Assembly (NCBI GenBank): GCA_002269645.1
Contig: NIVC01001672.1
Coordinates: 1-64,000 of the forward strand
Direction: 5' to 3'
Origin: Macrostomum lignano
Lineage: Eukaryota
Length of the DNA stretch: 64,000 nucleotides
Part shown: in pieces, positions 1-13,126 of the stretch
Numbering within the stretch: the stretch's first letter is position 1
How the letters are laid out: every line of letters starts with the position of its first letter
Notes under the pieces: model-generated
Told to the model about the DNA's origin: nothing
The model's database searches: none
Seen by the model: the letters and a program-made list of their open reading frames with translations, nothing else
Made by a program: the position numbers and the translations under genes

Positions 1-982
1 TGAATTTGAACCTAAGCTAAGCTAAACAGAAACAGAAGCTAACAGAAGGTGAAGATACAGAGGAAAGGTTGAAAAACGACTAGATCGTTTAGAAAATTAG
101 TCTGCTTTTTGTAGGTTATAAATTTTAATTATAATAAAAACCATAAAAAATAAATGTACGTGATCATAGATTCATGGACATGGCGGTGTGGGGTTTCGTT
201 TAATATTTAAGCCTAAGGATACTTACCATATTTTTGTGAACTTCAAATGAAAAATATGTAAATGAGCTCAATGACTTTGACAAATCTTGAATGACTAGAA
301 TAAAATGCTATAAAATCTATAATTTAATCTACATAATAAAAATATAAATGGTCCCATTCGCTGCTGTTTCGAAGAAAAAACATAATGTTTAAATTTTCTA
401 AATATTTTTAGTTTTCGTAACGTTTCTATTCGTAATTTTTCCGGGTTTTACGCGCAAAACACAACAAAGTCGATTTTTTATATAGTTGAGCAGAAAAAAG
501 AAATATCCATATTTTAAATTATACAGGATATCAAGAGTCAACAAAAAAGTTCATGCATGTGCGTTTTTTATTTAACACTTAAGATTCGATAGTTACTTTA
601 TGGTATTTGTTCATCTTACAAATAACATGAATAAACAAGCAACAAAACATGTGAAATAAATTGATGACATCGTATTGAGCCTAGTTATCGAATTGGGTGC
701 ATATGTATTGATAAAAATAAGAATATTATTTCGTTCTTTCTAGGGTATCGTTATTGAATTGGCAGTAAAAGCAAATGACAGGATAAAATTAAATTACAAA
801 TTTTAGAGGATTAGAATTATTGTTTGCAATATTTATGCATGTATAAGAGTATGTATATGTGTATGTACACGTTAAAATTCTGAGTTACGAGCTATAAATA
901 TTAAATTAAGAAAAATATTTATCACTCTCAGCCAGCTGTCTTTGGGTTATTTTATATCTCTTTAGTTACATGATCTGCACAT

Positions 983-2385
983 TCATTCCCTGCACAGCCT
1001 ATTAGCCCGTGTATACAACTGTTCTACCGTCATGTCGCAACTGAGGCGTACTCTGGCGTAGCGATCGTCGTTGTCATCACCTTGACGGCAATTACTGCCG
1101 CCGTCGTAATTGTTATCATCTTCTTCAGAATCTGTTACCTTTCGTTGTCCTTCAGACTGCAGTTTAGCTGATGGCAGCTGCGGTTGGCAGGTCAAATATT
1201 TTTTAATTTAGTTTTAATGGGTGTTTTGAATTCGTTAAGACAATTGCAGGCAAATTATTTGTGCAAAAAAGCATTAATTGCATGTAGTTTAACTGCTCAA
1301 GGACTAATCTGAATAAATGGGAATAGAATCCTCACCGACATGCTGGGATTCGGCGGCCAAAACTCTGTCCACTCGTCGGCGCTGCTGTCGCAGTGAATTC
1401 TGATAGTGCCACCATTTTTAGCGCCAAGATTCTTTTGGCTTGGCGTCTTCTTCCTGGTTTGGGAAGATTTTACTGACGTTGCAGACTTTTTTGTCTTCCT
1501 TTTCTTGCCGCTGCGCTTGCTTTCGCTGCGAGTCCCTCGCCTGCCCGGCTGTGATGCCTCAGCGGCAGTGCTTGAATTGCTGCCGTCGTGCAGCGCCGCC
1601 GCGATTAGGCGCAGCTGACGCTTCTTCTCGGCGTCCGCCAGCTGCTGCTCCTTGCTGTGCTGGCTGTTCTGGAAGGGATGGACACAAATGCTGACGCGAC
1701 TGAGACGCATTAGCCACTGCGAACAATCATAGGTAAAGATCATATAAATGTAATCTGTGGGTAGATCGTCACAAGGTCCCTGGATAGATCATCACAGGTT
1801 TATATGTACATGTACTTCAATTAGATCATTACAGATCTGTGGGTAGATCATATCACAGGTCTATGGGTAGATACAGGTCTGTGGGTAGATAATTACAGGT
1901 CTGTAGGTATATCTTTACAGGTCTGTGGGAAGATCATTACAGGTCTGTGGGAAGATCATTACAGGTCTGTGGGTAGATCATCACAGGTCTATGGGTAGAG
2001 ATATGATTACAGGCTTGTGTGTAGATCATTACAGGTCTGTAGGTACATCCTTACAGGTCTGTGGGAAGATCATTACAGGTCTGTGGGTAGATGTCATTAC
2101 AGGTCTGTGGGTAGATGTCATTACAGGTCTGTGAGTAGAAACCATTACAGGTCTGTGGGTAAATTATTACAGTTCTGTGGGAAGATCAGGTCAGGTCTCT
2201 AGCATGGTCAAAGGCCCGGAGCCATGTGCAGCATCGCCACTCACCAAATTGTACATGTCCAGTTTAGCAGCCAATTCAGTGACAAACTGCCTATCAGTAA
2301 CTTTAGGCGGCCGATCGCCCATGATCTGTTCGTAGCGACTTCGGCTCTGATGCCGCTGAGCTGCCAGAACCGCGGCTGCCGACAT
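983..2385 (-). CDS. Unidentified 3-exon protein-coding gene (~222 aa; exons 2385-2245, 1668-1336, 1177-983); may lack upstream exons
   Basis: Three ORF-track segments join in phase 0 through canonical sites (TTG|gtgagt, ttccag|AAC, TCG|gtgagg, accgcag|CTG). Exon lengths 141/333/195 are all multiples of 3. Basic, low-complexity middle; no family recognised. Confidence 0.55.
1755..2190. repeat. Degenerate ~22-bp minisatellite (ACAGGTCTGTGGGTAGATCATT) in the intron of the unidentified gene
   Basis: Directly visible tandem copies. Confidence 0.9.
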
Positions 2386-2770
2386 TGTGCTCTCTGTGTA
2401 TAGCTGTATGCCTCTTGAGTCCAAGTCTAAGACCGAGCCTTTGGCTGTCTTTGAGCTACTGTATAGTTATAAACCCATGTATAAGTGCTGCTCTTTTATC
2501 TATTTTAAAACACCGATGCCAAGGATTTCTATAATTAACATCTGAAATGGAAAGCCTCAAGCTGCACTCCCCTCAAGGTCGTCACATCAACATGTATATG
2601 AACGAAACTACATACATGTATTCGATTTATTTATAAATCTACTCAGAACTAAATGTTTACATGTATACTCCGACAGGACCCAACTAATAGCTATGCTTGT
2701 TTTCCTAAAGTTTGAATTTAAGGCGCCAGCACTAGCGAATGTTAACAACAGGGAACCCAGCGCAAGGGGA

Positions 2771-3200
2771 CGCCAGCACCAAGGGGCGCCAGCACCAAGG
2801 GCGCCAGCACCAAGGGGCGCCAGCACCAAGGGGCGCCAGCACCAAGGGGCGCCAGCACCAAGGGGCGCCAGCACCAAGGGGCGCCAGCACCAAGGGGCGC
2901 CAGCACCAAGGGGCGCCAGCACCAAGGGGCGCCAGCACCAAGGGGCGCCAGCACCAAGGGGCGCCAGCACCAAGGGGCGCCAGCACCAAGGGGCGCCAGC
3001 ACCAAGGGGCGCCAGCACCAAGGGGCGCCAGCACCAAGGGGCGCCAGCACCAAGGGGCGCCAGCACCAAGGGGCGCCAGCACCAAGGGGCGCCAGCACCA
3101 AGGGGCGCCAGCACCAAGGGGCGCCAGCACCAAGGGGCGCCAGCACCAAGGGGCGCCAGCACCAAGGGGCGCCAGCACCAAGGGGCGCCAGCACCAAGGG
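2771..3200. repeat. 16-bp GC-rich minisatellite (CGCCAGCACCAAGGGG), ~27 copies
   Basis: Near-perfect tandem array; explains the overlapping repetitive ORFs in all frames. Confidence 0.97.
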
Positions 3201-3899
3201 AAATGACAGGAAAATGAAGAGGGCCTGGAAGTGGCGAGTTTCCAAACCAGACTCTGAAATAAAGTAACTCCTTGGCCTACTTCGCATTCAGAGCGCACTC
3301 ATCAAGGCTTTAAGATTTTAAGTAGGAGAGACTAAAAGACAGGACAGGCAAGCTCATTGGACAACATTTGCACCCTGAAATAATAAGAGGGAGGGCCCAC
3401 ACTAAGGTAAGGGCTTCTGCAACTGCAGAGATAATTTCGGCTATGCAGAGACAATCAAGACTCAAGCTACACATGAACTTCATTTAGTGGTGCTTGTTTT
3501 AAAGCGCTACTGCGCTCGTGCGGTAAAGACAGAGAGGGCGCCGGTGCAAGAGCTGAAAATGCCTTGTAGCTACAGAATATTCTGCACCGCATGGACTCGT
3601 TCACCTGATATTACGAGTATCACAGCCACACGGCAAACTTTGTACCTTTGAAAAATGCAAATTGGGTGTAAATATGTCTGAATTTGAGTCAGGGTTTCAT
3701 TTTTTTCTAAAAAGGGCAAAGTGCTCTTTTAATTAAAGTGACAAACAGAATATTTAGTCGTAACATTGAGAGACAAAAACTTTACATGTATAGTTTCAAA
3801 GTGTTTAAGAACTTGATTTTTGGAAGGTCAGCATTAGACAAAATATTGTTCTGTTCATAGAAGGACACATTCTTCTTTAATTGGATTTCTTAAAAATAG

Positions 3900-6341
3900 G
3901 CTCTACCCTCTGACCGCAAAAGGGCACTGCTAATCACTGTCCTCCAATGCCTAAGGTAACCGCGCTGAGGGGCTGGAAGGTCGGGGAGCCAAACCGGCCG
4001 CTAGCAGTTTTCTTGATTTCTTTTTCCTCCTTTCTTCTGTGACTCAGCTCACCCCTTCCCGCTTCAGCCATGGCTTCTACCGCCCGAAAAATCCCGCTGA
4101 AGCCGGGACCCCGGCAACTCCGGCCGGTGACTCCGGTGCCAGCGCCGCCTCACCGGGGGCAGATGGGCTCGTCGCCGGCTTGTCTGGCGACAAGCCCACA
4201 CGTGCACCCGGGCCCTCCGCGGAGGTCCGACGTGCTCGCAACCAACGCCGTAATGAGCGGCGACGGCGACAACGAGGAGCTACGGGCCGGCCACCTGCGG
4301 AGGGGGAACCTAGGGAGGGCGAGGCTGCTGTTGGGCTGAAAGAAACCACAGCGACCCGTCCCCCAGGATACAACCACCGCTGGTGAGCCACCCAGCAAAC
4401 CTGCACTGCAGCGCGGCCAGACTGTAGGGAACCGCCGCCACCAACTACGCCTCCACTAGCTCCAACCGGCGGTCATCGTCTTCGGAAAGTAGCAAGACCT
4501 CCCTGCCGATGAACTCGACAGTGCCTGGCGCACCATCGATGCTGCGCTCATTGACCAGCTCCTGGCAGGCCGCCCTGTGAGTGTGGTCAGCTCAGCCAAG
4601 ACCGTGCAACTCTCGCAGTCTACGCAAAGCTAAACTGGCCAGAAAAGCTCGGCAAACTCGTCTTCGCCGGCGAGGGCGAACGACAAAAGACCCAGCGCTC
4701 CCGGTCGGCAGTACCATTAAGTCCGGAGATCAGCTTAGGCAGATCCTACTAATAAAGCTGCACCCTGACCTCGAAGTCAACGGAGAAGGGGGCTGCGGTG
4801 ATCCTAGGGCTCTCTGACGCCTACATGTAAGTCCACAATTCACCTTGGCCTGACTAAGCTGACCATCCTCCGCTGTGAGGAGCGGAAAGCTGATGAAGTC
4901 AAGCATGCCGAGGCTTCCGAAACCGGAACTGGGGCCCAGGCTCCTCCGGCAAAGAAGCTGAGGCAAACGGCTGACCCCCAGCCCAGTGAGGCAGTTTGCT
5001 CTGCTGAAACCGGCAATCGCAACCGCGGACCTGCTAGGAGCACTCGGAGGTCCGGTCTGATTCAGCGTGCGCTGGACCAGGCCAAGAGCCTCTGGGCGCA
5101 TCTTCAGCGGGTCCGCATTCCAGAAGGCCAGGCTGTAGGCGGGGAGGCTCTGACCAACTGGCTCGAGTCTGCGACTCACCAGGAGGCTGGCGTCACCCGC
5201 ATCGACCTGACCGACGAGGCGGAGGGTCTGGGTAGTGACGGCACCGAAGCACGCAGGGGAGGCGACGGTAACGTCCACGCTGGGCTCAGGCCCGCGGAGG
5301 ACTCCACAGCCACCCTAACTGCCGAGGACGCTGAAACTCCCATGCGTTACGCCAAGCTCGACATGCCGGGGCTCATCCTCGTCCAGGAACCATGGACCCT
5401 GAAAGGTAAGCCTCAGAACGCCCCGTCCGGCTACAACTTTTTTATACTTACCCTCGCGAGGCCAACCAGCCTCCTAGAGCCTGCATCTTTACGGTCAAAA
5501 CGCTCAGTGCGTGGCTCAGATCGAACCTGTGTGTAAGAGGGACATCTGTGTCATCCAATCCGAGGACCTGCTTTCTGGAAACCAGAAAGCCCCCAGAGCC
5601 CTAGCTACGCTGGTCGAGCTCTGCTCTGCCAAAAACTACGAGCTCAATGGACCAGCACGGGCATTAATCAGAGGACCTCCTAGCCTACGTTGCCTCGACG
5701 ACCCTCGAGTTCTGCAACTCGTGGACCCCTACATTTGACAAGGGACGGTGGTCGGAGGTGATCGATGCCACACTCGCAACGCCCAGACTCAACCAGAGCA
5801 TTGGGGCGTGGCATGTGCTTCCCAGCGCCCTCACTCTCCGATCACAAGTTCATCTCCTTCAACCTGATGGCCGCACGCAGCCCAAATCGCGTTACGTGGA
5901 CACGGAACGCCAGAAACACTGATTGGGAAACCTTCGGGATCACCCTGAAGGAGTTCCATCTGTCTTCCGGCCAACCATCCACACGATCACATCGTGCCAA
6001 GAAGCGGATGAGTGCGCGACTGTGCTGACAGAAACGCTAACCGCCGCCTTTGAGGCATCCTGTCCTTTAAAAGCCTATAGGGAAAAGGGAAAAATCTGTG
6101 CCGTGGTGTAATCCCGAGCTCGGCGACCTCCGCCACAGAGCTTAGAGACTCCACCGCAGAGCAACTAAAACCAAGAGCCCAGCGGACCAAACCGCCTATC
6201 ATGAAGCAACAATCCATGAGTTTAAAAGGCAGGTTAGGAACGCGAAAGCTCAGAAATGGCGTCAATACTGCGAGGAGCTAGAGGGCTCGCGCCCCACCTC
6301 CAGAATTGTGAAAGTGCTTACGCTGGACACAATGTCTAAAT
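3900..6341 (+). mobile_element. Decayed APE-type LINE (R1/LOA-like): ORF1 region plus endonuclease/linker of ORF2, broken off before RT
   Basis: Frameshifted fragments LILVQEPW, EDLLAYVASTTLEFCNSWTPTF, SLSDHKFISF, RNARNTDWETF, AFEASCPLK, KWRQYCEELEG..PTSRIVKVL are typical of APE-LINE ORF2 N-termini. No RT follows. Confidence 0.7.
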
Positions 6342-6359
6342 GTGCTCAATTCACAATAG

Positions 6360-6670
6360 GGTTTCTTAGAAATAAGGCCGATGATGACGAGTCGAGCTCA
6401 ATCCTAAATTGGGTTTCTTAGAAATACGGGTAGGTTCTATGATTGACTAGCTCAATCCTAAATTGGGTTTCTTAGAAATACGGGTAGGCTCTATGATTGA
6501 CGAGCTCAATCCTAAATTGGGTTTCTTAGAAATACGGGTAGGTTCTATGATTGACGAGCTCAATCCTAAATTGGGTTTCTTAGAAATACGGGTAGGTTCT
6601 ATGATTGACGAGCTCAATCCTAAATTGGGTTTATTAGAAACAGGTTCGAGGACCGACGAGCTCAATCCGA
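6360..6670. repeat. 54-bp minisatellite, ~5-6 copies
   Basis: Unit CTCAATCCTAAATTGGGTTTCTTAGAAATACGGGTAGGTTCTATGATTGACGAG. Confidence 0.9.
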
Positions 6671-7219
6671 AATTGGCCTCATCTCTCGAGACTATAGAGT
6701 TTATCGAGAATAGTACGAGTGTACAGCAGCCCTGACTTTCTTATCGACAGCCATGTACACTCCGTGCCTTGAGGGATTGGCCCTCGTGATCATTTGGTCC
6801 CATTTGTGCGACAGTGTGACCTGGCCTGGACAACTGGAAAATGATTGTCCCGTATCTCATGACAATGTCTAAATTAAGCCTTTGTTTAACCAAGTACTCA
6901 AACCAGAGGTGAGAGGGTACACTGCTCAAGCAAGAGAGCAAATATAATTAATCACAAGCAAATATTGACAGGGCATCATGAGCACCAGTGCAGCCTGACC
7001 AACAGACAGACAGCTCCTCCCTCATCATCTCAGCTTCGACTGTGTAAGGAAGCGCATATACGTGTAGCTAGGCATTACTTTGTGTCCCAAACTGCACTAG
7101 TCAGTCTGCAGTCAGATGTTGTTGAGAGTTGCTTTTACAGACCCCCGAACTTCCCATTATCCAGTTTTTACAATGCCAAAATTTCATGATGCTAAAGGTT
7201 CACAAACAACCAATGTTTA

Positions 7220-7585
7220 TTACACGGCCTTTCAGAACCCTGTTTATTACACACGGCCTTTCACAACCCTAATGTTTATTACACACGGCCTTTCACAACC
7301 CTAATGTTAATTACACACGGCCTTTCACAACCCTAATGTTTATTACACACGGCCTTTCACAACCCTAATGTTTATTACACACGGCCTTTCACAACCCTAA
7401 TGTTAATTACACACGGCCTTTCACAACCCTAATGTTTATTACACACGGCCTTTCACAACCCTGTTTATTACACACGGCCTTTCAGAACCCTAATGTTTAT
7501 TACACACGGCCTTTCAGAACCCTAATGTTTATTACACATCGCCTTTCACAACCCCAATGTTTATTACACACGCACTTTCACAACC
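7220..7585. repeat. ~32-bp minisatellite (TTTCACAACCCTAATGTTTATTACACACGGCC), ~11 copies
   Basis: Directly visible. Confidence 0.92.
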
Positions 7586-8329
7586 CTCAATTTTAAGTAC
7601 ACACGCAGCTTCATAACTCCCAATTTTGAACAGCATTGGGGTTGTGAACTCGAGTGTTATTTGCGAATGTGAAACATCCCTTAGCTTTAAAAAGCAATTA
7701 AACGACTATAAACAGTTTACTTGTAAAATTTGCTTAATATAATACTAGTAAATAGTATAGCAAATAGCATGTAATTACGATAGGGTAAATATGCTTGTAT
7801 ATTTTCTATAAATAATAAAGCTCAAAACCATATAGCAAATTTATACATTTATAACATATCATCATTCAATTAAAATCGAATAGATTCGCAAGATGACCGC
7901 ATCTGCATTGACTAAGGTGTGACAATATCAGACAGGCATAGGAGTACATATTTTGAGACCGAATAATACCAAAATTCGAGCAAGCAACAGAGAAAAAAGA
8001 TTAAAACCTACGTCATGCTTAGTAACGTTAATAACTGTAAGTTAGAAAGACGCAATTACTATAGTCTGTAAAGTATATAAATATGTACAGCAATGAATAA
8101 AATCAACAAAATCTTCGGCTAGCAGAACCGAAGCGAGCTATTTTTGATAATTTAATTTTGGAAGCTATTTGGGAAAATATTATCTAGGCAAGAATATCAT
8201 TGATAGACTTATCCACTTAAATGGGGTGCCGTGGCCCAGCCTCGATTACCAAGTGCAGTCACATTAATTTTATGGCTAAATCGGAATCTCAGCTTGGCTC
8301 TGCTCGTGCAATTAACGCCCTTGAAGGCC

Positions 8330-8510
8330 AACCCCCAAGGCACAGTGAAGTGTACATGCTAAACGATAAAATAAAGTTAGGGCCGCTGTACACTCCTGTG
8401 CTTGTGTGCCTGCTCAGGGGAGTTGGCGGAATGGGCAGTTATGCCTCTCGCCGGTTGTGTGACAATGTCGCTTAAAGTGCGCCAGGGTGCACACAGCCCT
8501 CTGCCTCTAA
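8330..8510 (+). repeat. Dispersed repeat (SINE-like or retroelement 5' UTR); related copies at ~32250-32470 and ~60225-60400
   Basis: Shared blocks GTGTACA...AGGGCCGCTGTACAC.CTGTG in all three copies; GGAATGGGCAG and GCGCCAGGGTG..CACAGCCCTC shared by the 8.3 kb and 32.3 kb copies. Confidence 0.6.
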
Positions 8511-8557
8511 CTAAAAACCAAAACTATCCACTTATAAATCTTTTTGATATTTGCAAC

Positions 8558-9080
8558 CAGTGGTGTGATTGGAAAGTTTGCCAAATTTCGCGCCGACTAA
8601 AAAAATTTTCGCGCCATGCCAATAATATTCTACTGACAGCCAAATAAGTCAATTGATGACACTTTTGAAGATGCGTCTGGCTACCAATTAGCATATCTCT
8701 TAAGTCACAGCCGTGTCCCCCTGAACTTCTTGTTGGCGATGTCTGCAGGCAGACGACTGCTCGTGCTGGTGATTGACGACGTTGACAGCAGCTCAGCAGC
8801 CTTGCGCTTTAAGACGAGCTCAGCTAGCTTCTCTGCCTCCTTCTGTTTCTTCTTCTGCTGCTGACGCCTGAGATTGAACTCAGTTTGTTAGATTAATCTC
8901 CTAAGCTATGACATTCTTGTATTTCATACTGTCTGACAAGAGAATAAGTGTAAAAAGCAGAAAATAAGAATGCAATTTTCGCGCCCATGGTTCCACAAAA
9001 TTTCGCGCCAGACCCCCAGGATTCGCGCATTCGCGCCATTTTCGCGCCTGGCGCGAATTCGCGCCTGAATCACACCACTG
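8558..9080. mobile_element. Non-autonomous hAT-type DNA transposon (523 bp)
   Basis: 13-bp TIR CAGTGGTGTGATT / AATCACACCACTG; perfect 8-bp TSD TTTGCAAC (8550-8557, 9081-9088); subterminal TTTCGCGCC repeats. Confidence 0.92.
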
Positions 9081-9885
9081 TTTGCAACCCAGATGAAACT
9101 CCAACTGTCTCGCAGGCTTAACAATGATGAAAAGTTTTTAAGAAAAAACTACTATTCCAGCCTACTGTTAAGTAGTCGGATATGTCCATTTTGGCCATAG
9201 ACTGTGTCGTTTTAATCTTCTAAAAATAATTCGAAACTAAGAGTAAACCATGCGCGCTCTGAAACACTGACCAGAGAGACGGATCAAAAACGGAGGGATC
9301 AATACAATTTGGACGAAAAAGCAAATAAACACAGATTTTCGCGTTAACAGAAAACGGAGGCTAACTTATAAGAAAGCAACAAAGACACAACTCAGTAATA
9401 ATATAGCATTTAAATATCTGTGGAAATAATCCGGATGAAATATATAATGATTTACAACTTCCTGTTTCATAAATATTAGTTTCTATTCCGCAGTTTGTCT
9501 TATCATTATTAGCCATACGCAACACATATACTACTGATCAGTAGCTCTAAACACAAATGAACAGTAAAAATGTGTTTAAAAGCATAAAATTGAACTAGCA
9601 AATTAGGCATTGCTACACAAGCACAGCGTGTGTATTCAGAGGTTCAGAGCATAGCACAAACAATTTAAACAAATTAATTTACAGTTCCGGAGACTCCCAA
9701 TTCACCGGACGCGAGTCCGAACGCTCCGATTTCGTGATTCGAACCTGACCGATTGGGAGTTCTGAAAGGCGCGTCGTAGAAAAGGGATTTGGGAAGCAAA
9801 GTAAGACACCGTTTTTTGACTAAAAAAAAGTTACGCGGTCTAGCAGTGTGCTGAGTTTGTGGGAATCAAAGGGTTTCTTAAACCT

Positions 9886-10828
9886 AACCCACTGATCACC
9901 TGGGGCACTGCAACAACCCACTGATCACCTGGGGCACTGCAACAACCCACTGATCACCTGGGGCACTGCAACAACCCACTGATCACCTGGGGCACTGCAA
10001 CAACCCACTGATCACCTGGGGCACTGCAACAACCCACTGATCACCTGGGGCACTGCAACAACCCACTGATCACCTGGGGCACTGCAACAACCCACTGATC
10101 ACCTGGGGCACTGCAACAACCCACTGATCACCTGGGGCACTGCAACAACCCACTGATCACCTGGGGCACTGCAACAACCCACTGATCACCTGGGGCACTG
10201 CAACAACCCACTGATCACCTGGGGCACTGCAACAACCCACTGATCACCTGCACCACTGCAACAACCCACTGATCACCTGCACCACTGCAACAACCCACTG
10301 ATCACCTGCACCACTGCAACAACCCACTGATCACCTGGGGCACTGCAACAACCCACTGATCACCTGCACCACTGCAACAACCCACTGATCACCTGCACCA
10401 CTGCAACAACCCACTGATCACCTGGGGCACTGCAACAACCCACTGATCACCTGCACCACTGCAACAACCCACTGATCACCTGCATAACTGCAACAACCCA
10501 CTGATCACCTGGGGCACTGCAACAACCTACTGATCCCCTGGGGAACTGCAACAACCCACTGATCACCTGGGGCACTGCAACAACCCACTGATCCCCTGCA
10601 CCACTGCAACAACCCACTGATCACCTGCACCACTGCAACAACCCACTGATCACCTGGGGCACTGCAACAACCCACTGATCCCCTGCACCACTGCAACAAC
10701 CCACTGATCACCTGGGGCACTGCAACAACCCACTGATCACCTGGGGCACTGCAACAACCTACTGATCACCTGCACCACTGCAACAACCCACTGATCACAT
10801 GGGGCACTGCAACAACCCACTGATCACT
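9886..10828. repeat. 29-bp minisatellite (CCACTGATCACCTGGGGCACTGCAACAAC), ~32 copies, with a second variant (CCTGCACCAC) in the distal half
   Basis: Directly visible. Confidence 0.97.
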
Positions 10829-11382
10829 GTAGAAATAAACTGCTATATAAAGCTACAGCACTTCGCACTGTCATTATACACGAATCAGTTCAGAACCTTC
10901 ACCATTATAGTTAATTAGGCAGTTAACCAAGCATATTGAGCATATTATCCGGGTAAATGCAAGTTTCAGTTACAAAATGCACTATAAATATGCAGCCAAT
11001 TTTAGTATCACGAAAACTGTGTTATGGAAATTCCAATTCAATTCTAAAGAGCTGTTTACTAATTATCAAAATATGCAATTATGCTACTATTAATGAGTTA
11101 ATCAATGTAGGTTTAGCAGTCTACTAAAAGCTGGGTAGGCATTGTTAATTAAATAATCCAATGCAGCAAAGTGCATCTCTGTGTGATTTAAACAGAAGTC
11201 TGCACAGGAGTGTTTTAGCAACCACCAAATTATTGATAGATGCACTTTAATGAATGCAAAAATCAGCAGCTAATACTTGCAGTAGTGGGCTGGTTCAAAA
11301 TCAAGAGACACTCGTTAGTAATGCTTCGGTGTGAAGGTAGAGGTTGCTGAAATATTCAACGATTTCATAACAGAGAGAACTA

Positions 11383-13081
11383 TTAATATGACGAAAAGTG
11401 AGTAGCAAAAAAGTAGCTGGGGTTGAGACTGTGAACTAAGTACACGATTCTCAGTAGCTTAGCATTGCGGGCCAGCCTTAGCCATGAGGGTACGGATAGA
11501 AACCTGAGGGTATGGAGGGGACCTGAGGGTATGGAGGGGGACCTGAGGGTATGGAGGGGACCTGAGGGTATGGACGGAAAACTGAGGGTATGGAGGGGAC
11601 CTGAGGGTATGGATAGAAACCTGAGGGTATGGAGGGGACCTGAGGGTATGGAGGGGACCTGAGGGTATGGACGGAAAACTGAGGGTATGGAGGGGAACCT
11701 GAGGGTATGGAGGGGAATCTGAGGGCATGGAGGGGAACCTGATTGTATGGAGGGGAATCTGAGGGTATGGAGGGGGACCTGAGGGTATGGAGGGGAAACT
11801 GAGGGTATGGAGGGGACCTTGAGGGCATGGAGGGGAACCTGATTGTATGGAGGGGAACCTGATTGTATGGAGGGGAAACTGAGGGTATGGAGGGGACCTG
11901 AGGGTATGGAGGGGGACCTGAGGGTATGGAGGGAAACCTGAGGGTATGGAGGGAAACCTGAGGGTATAGAGGGGAAACTGAGGGTATGGAGGGGGACCTG
12001 AGGGTATGGAGGGGGACCTGAGGGTATGGAGGGGAATCTGAGGGCATGGAGGAACCTGATTGTATGGAGGGGAACCTGATTGTATGGAGGGGAAACTGAG
12101 GGTATGGAGGGGACTTGAGGGTATGGAGGGGAAACTGAGGGTATGGAGGGGAAACTGAGGGTATGGAGGGAAACCTGAGGGTATGGAGGGGGACCTGAGG
12201 GTATGGAGGGGGACCTGAGGGTATGGAGGGGGACCTGAGGGTATGGAGGGGAAACGGAGGGTATGGAGGGGAAACGGAGGGTATGGAGGGGGACCTGAGG
12301 GTATGGAGGGGGGCCTGAGGGTATGGAGGGGGACCTGAGGGTATGGAGGGGGACCTGAGGGTATGGAGGGGGACCTGAGGGTATGGAGGGGGACCTGAGG
12401 GTATGGAGGGGAAACTGAGGGTATGGAGGGGGACCTGAGGGTATGGAGGGGAACCTGAGGGTACGGAAGCGTGACAAAGCAACCCAGATCACAACATGTG
12501 CAGACACGGGAAGCAGAGGAGCAGAGTTGATTACGTGTGCACAGGACTCACCCTCGGCCTGCGCCACGGAAGCGGTCTCCGTGCTGCCGTACTGCGGTTC
12601 GCCGCGTCGCCTGCCGCCACCGGCCCCGGCGCCGTTGCTCAGCAGGCCCTCAGCCGACGACAACTCTCTGGCGCCGTTGTCCTCCTGATCGTCGAACTCG
12701 CCCCCATCTGTGTTGCTAATAACGCCGGCACCGACGCCGTCAGCGTAGGGTTCGCCGTCTGAGTTATTTTCGTCGTCGCGCCAGGGCCGAACGTTCAGCA
12801 GCGATGGCTGGGTCGGGCCGAACAGCACGTAGCAACAATTGGCACAGCCGTCGCCCCGATCGAACGGATTGATGCAGTCCGGATTGCGTTTCTTGTTGAA
12901 TACGCCTTTGATCTGGCAGAGAAGTAGCGCACATTTATATGCAAATGTACAGGTATGTACACAGATTGCTTCACTGCTACTCTTAGTAGTTGACGCGAAT
13001 TTTTATATTTATGGTTCATGTAATTTAAATTTACGAATATTGAAAGACATACGGGACGACCAGCCAGCCCGTCCGCCCGCC

Positions 13082-13126
<45 letters not shown>

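Noticed and set aside
2608-3298. Overlapping 155-188-aa ORFs in several frames
   Set aside because: Translations of the 16-bp minisatellite; no coding signature
3920-4010. HDV-like ribozyme at the LINE 5' end (GGGCA/TGCCT, CTGC/GCAG, TCCTC loop)
   Set aside because: P1 only 5 bp, P3 only 2 bp, and the P1.1 GG is not adjacent; would need an RNArobo/Infernal hit
6463-6735. 18-aa repeat ORF (GFLEIRVGSMIDELNPKL)
   Set aside because: Simple consequence of a 54-bp unit; open on both strands; no gene context
6329-6874. 13-bp direct repeat ACAATGTCTAAAT (6329-6341, 6862-6874) as a TSD of an insertion ending the LINE
   Set aside because: LINE sequence does not recognisably resume after 6874 and no element termini are seen inside; may be chance
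9886-10828. Regular array superficially like CRISPR
   Set aside because: Head-to-tail 29-bp units with no unique spacers; eukaryotic context; no cas genes
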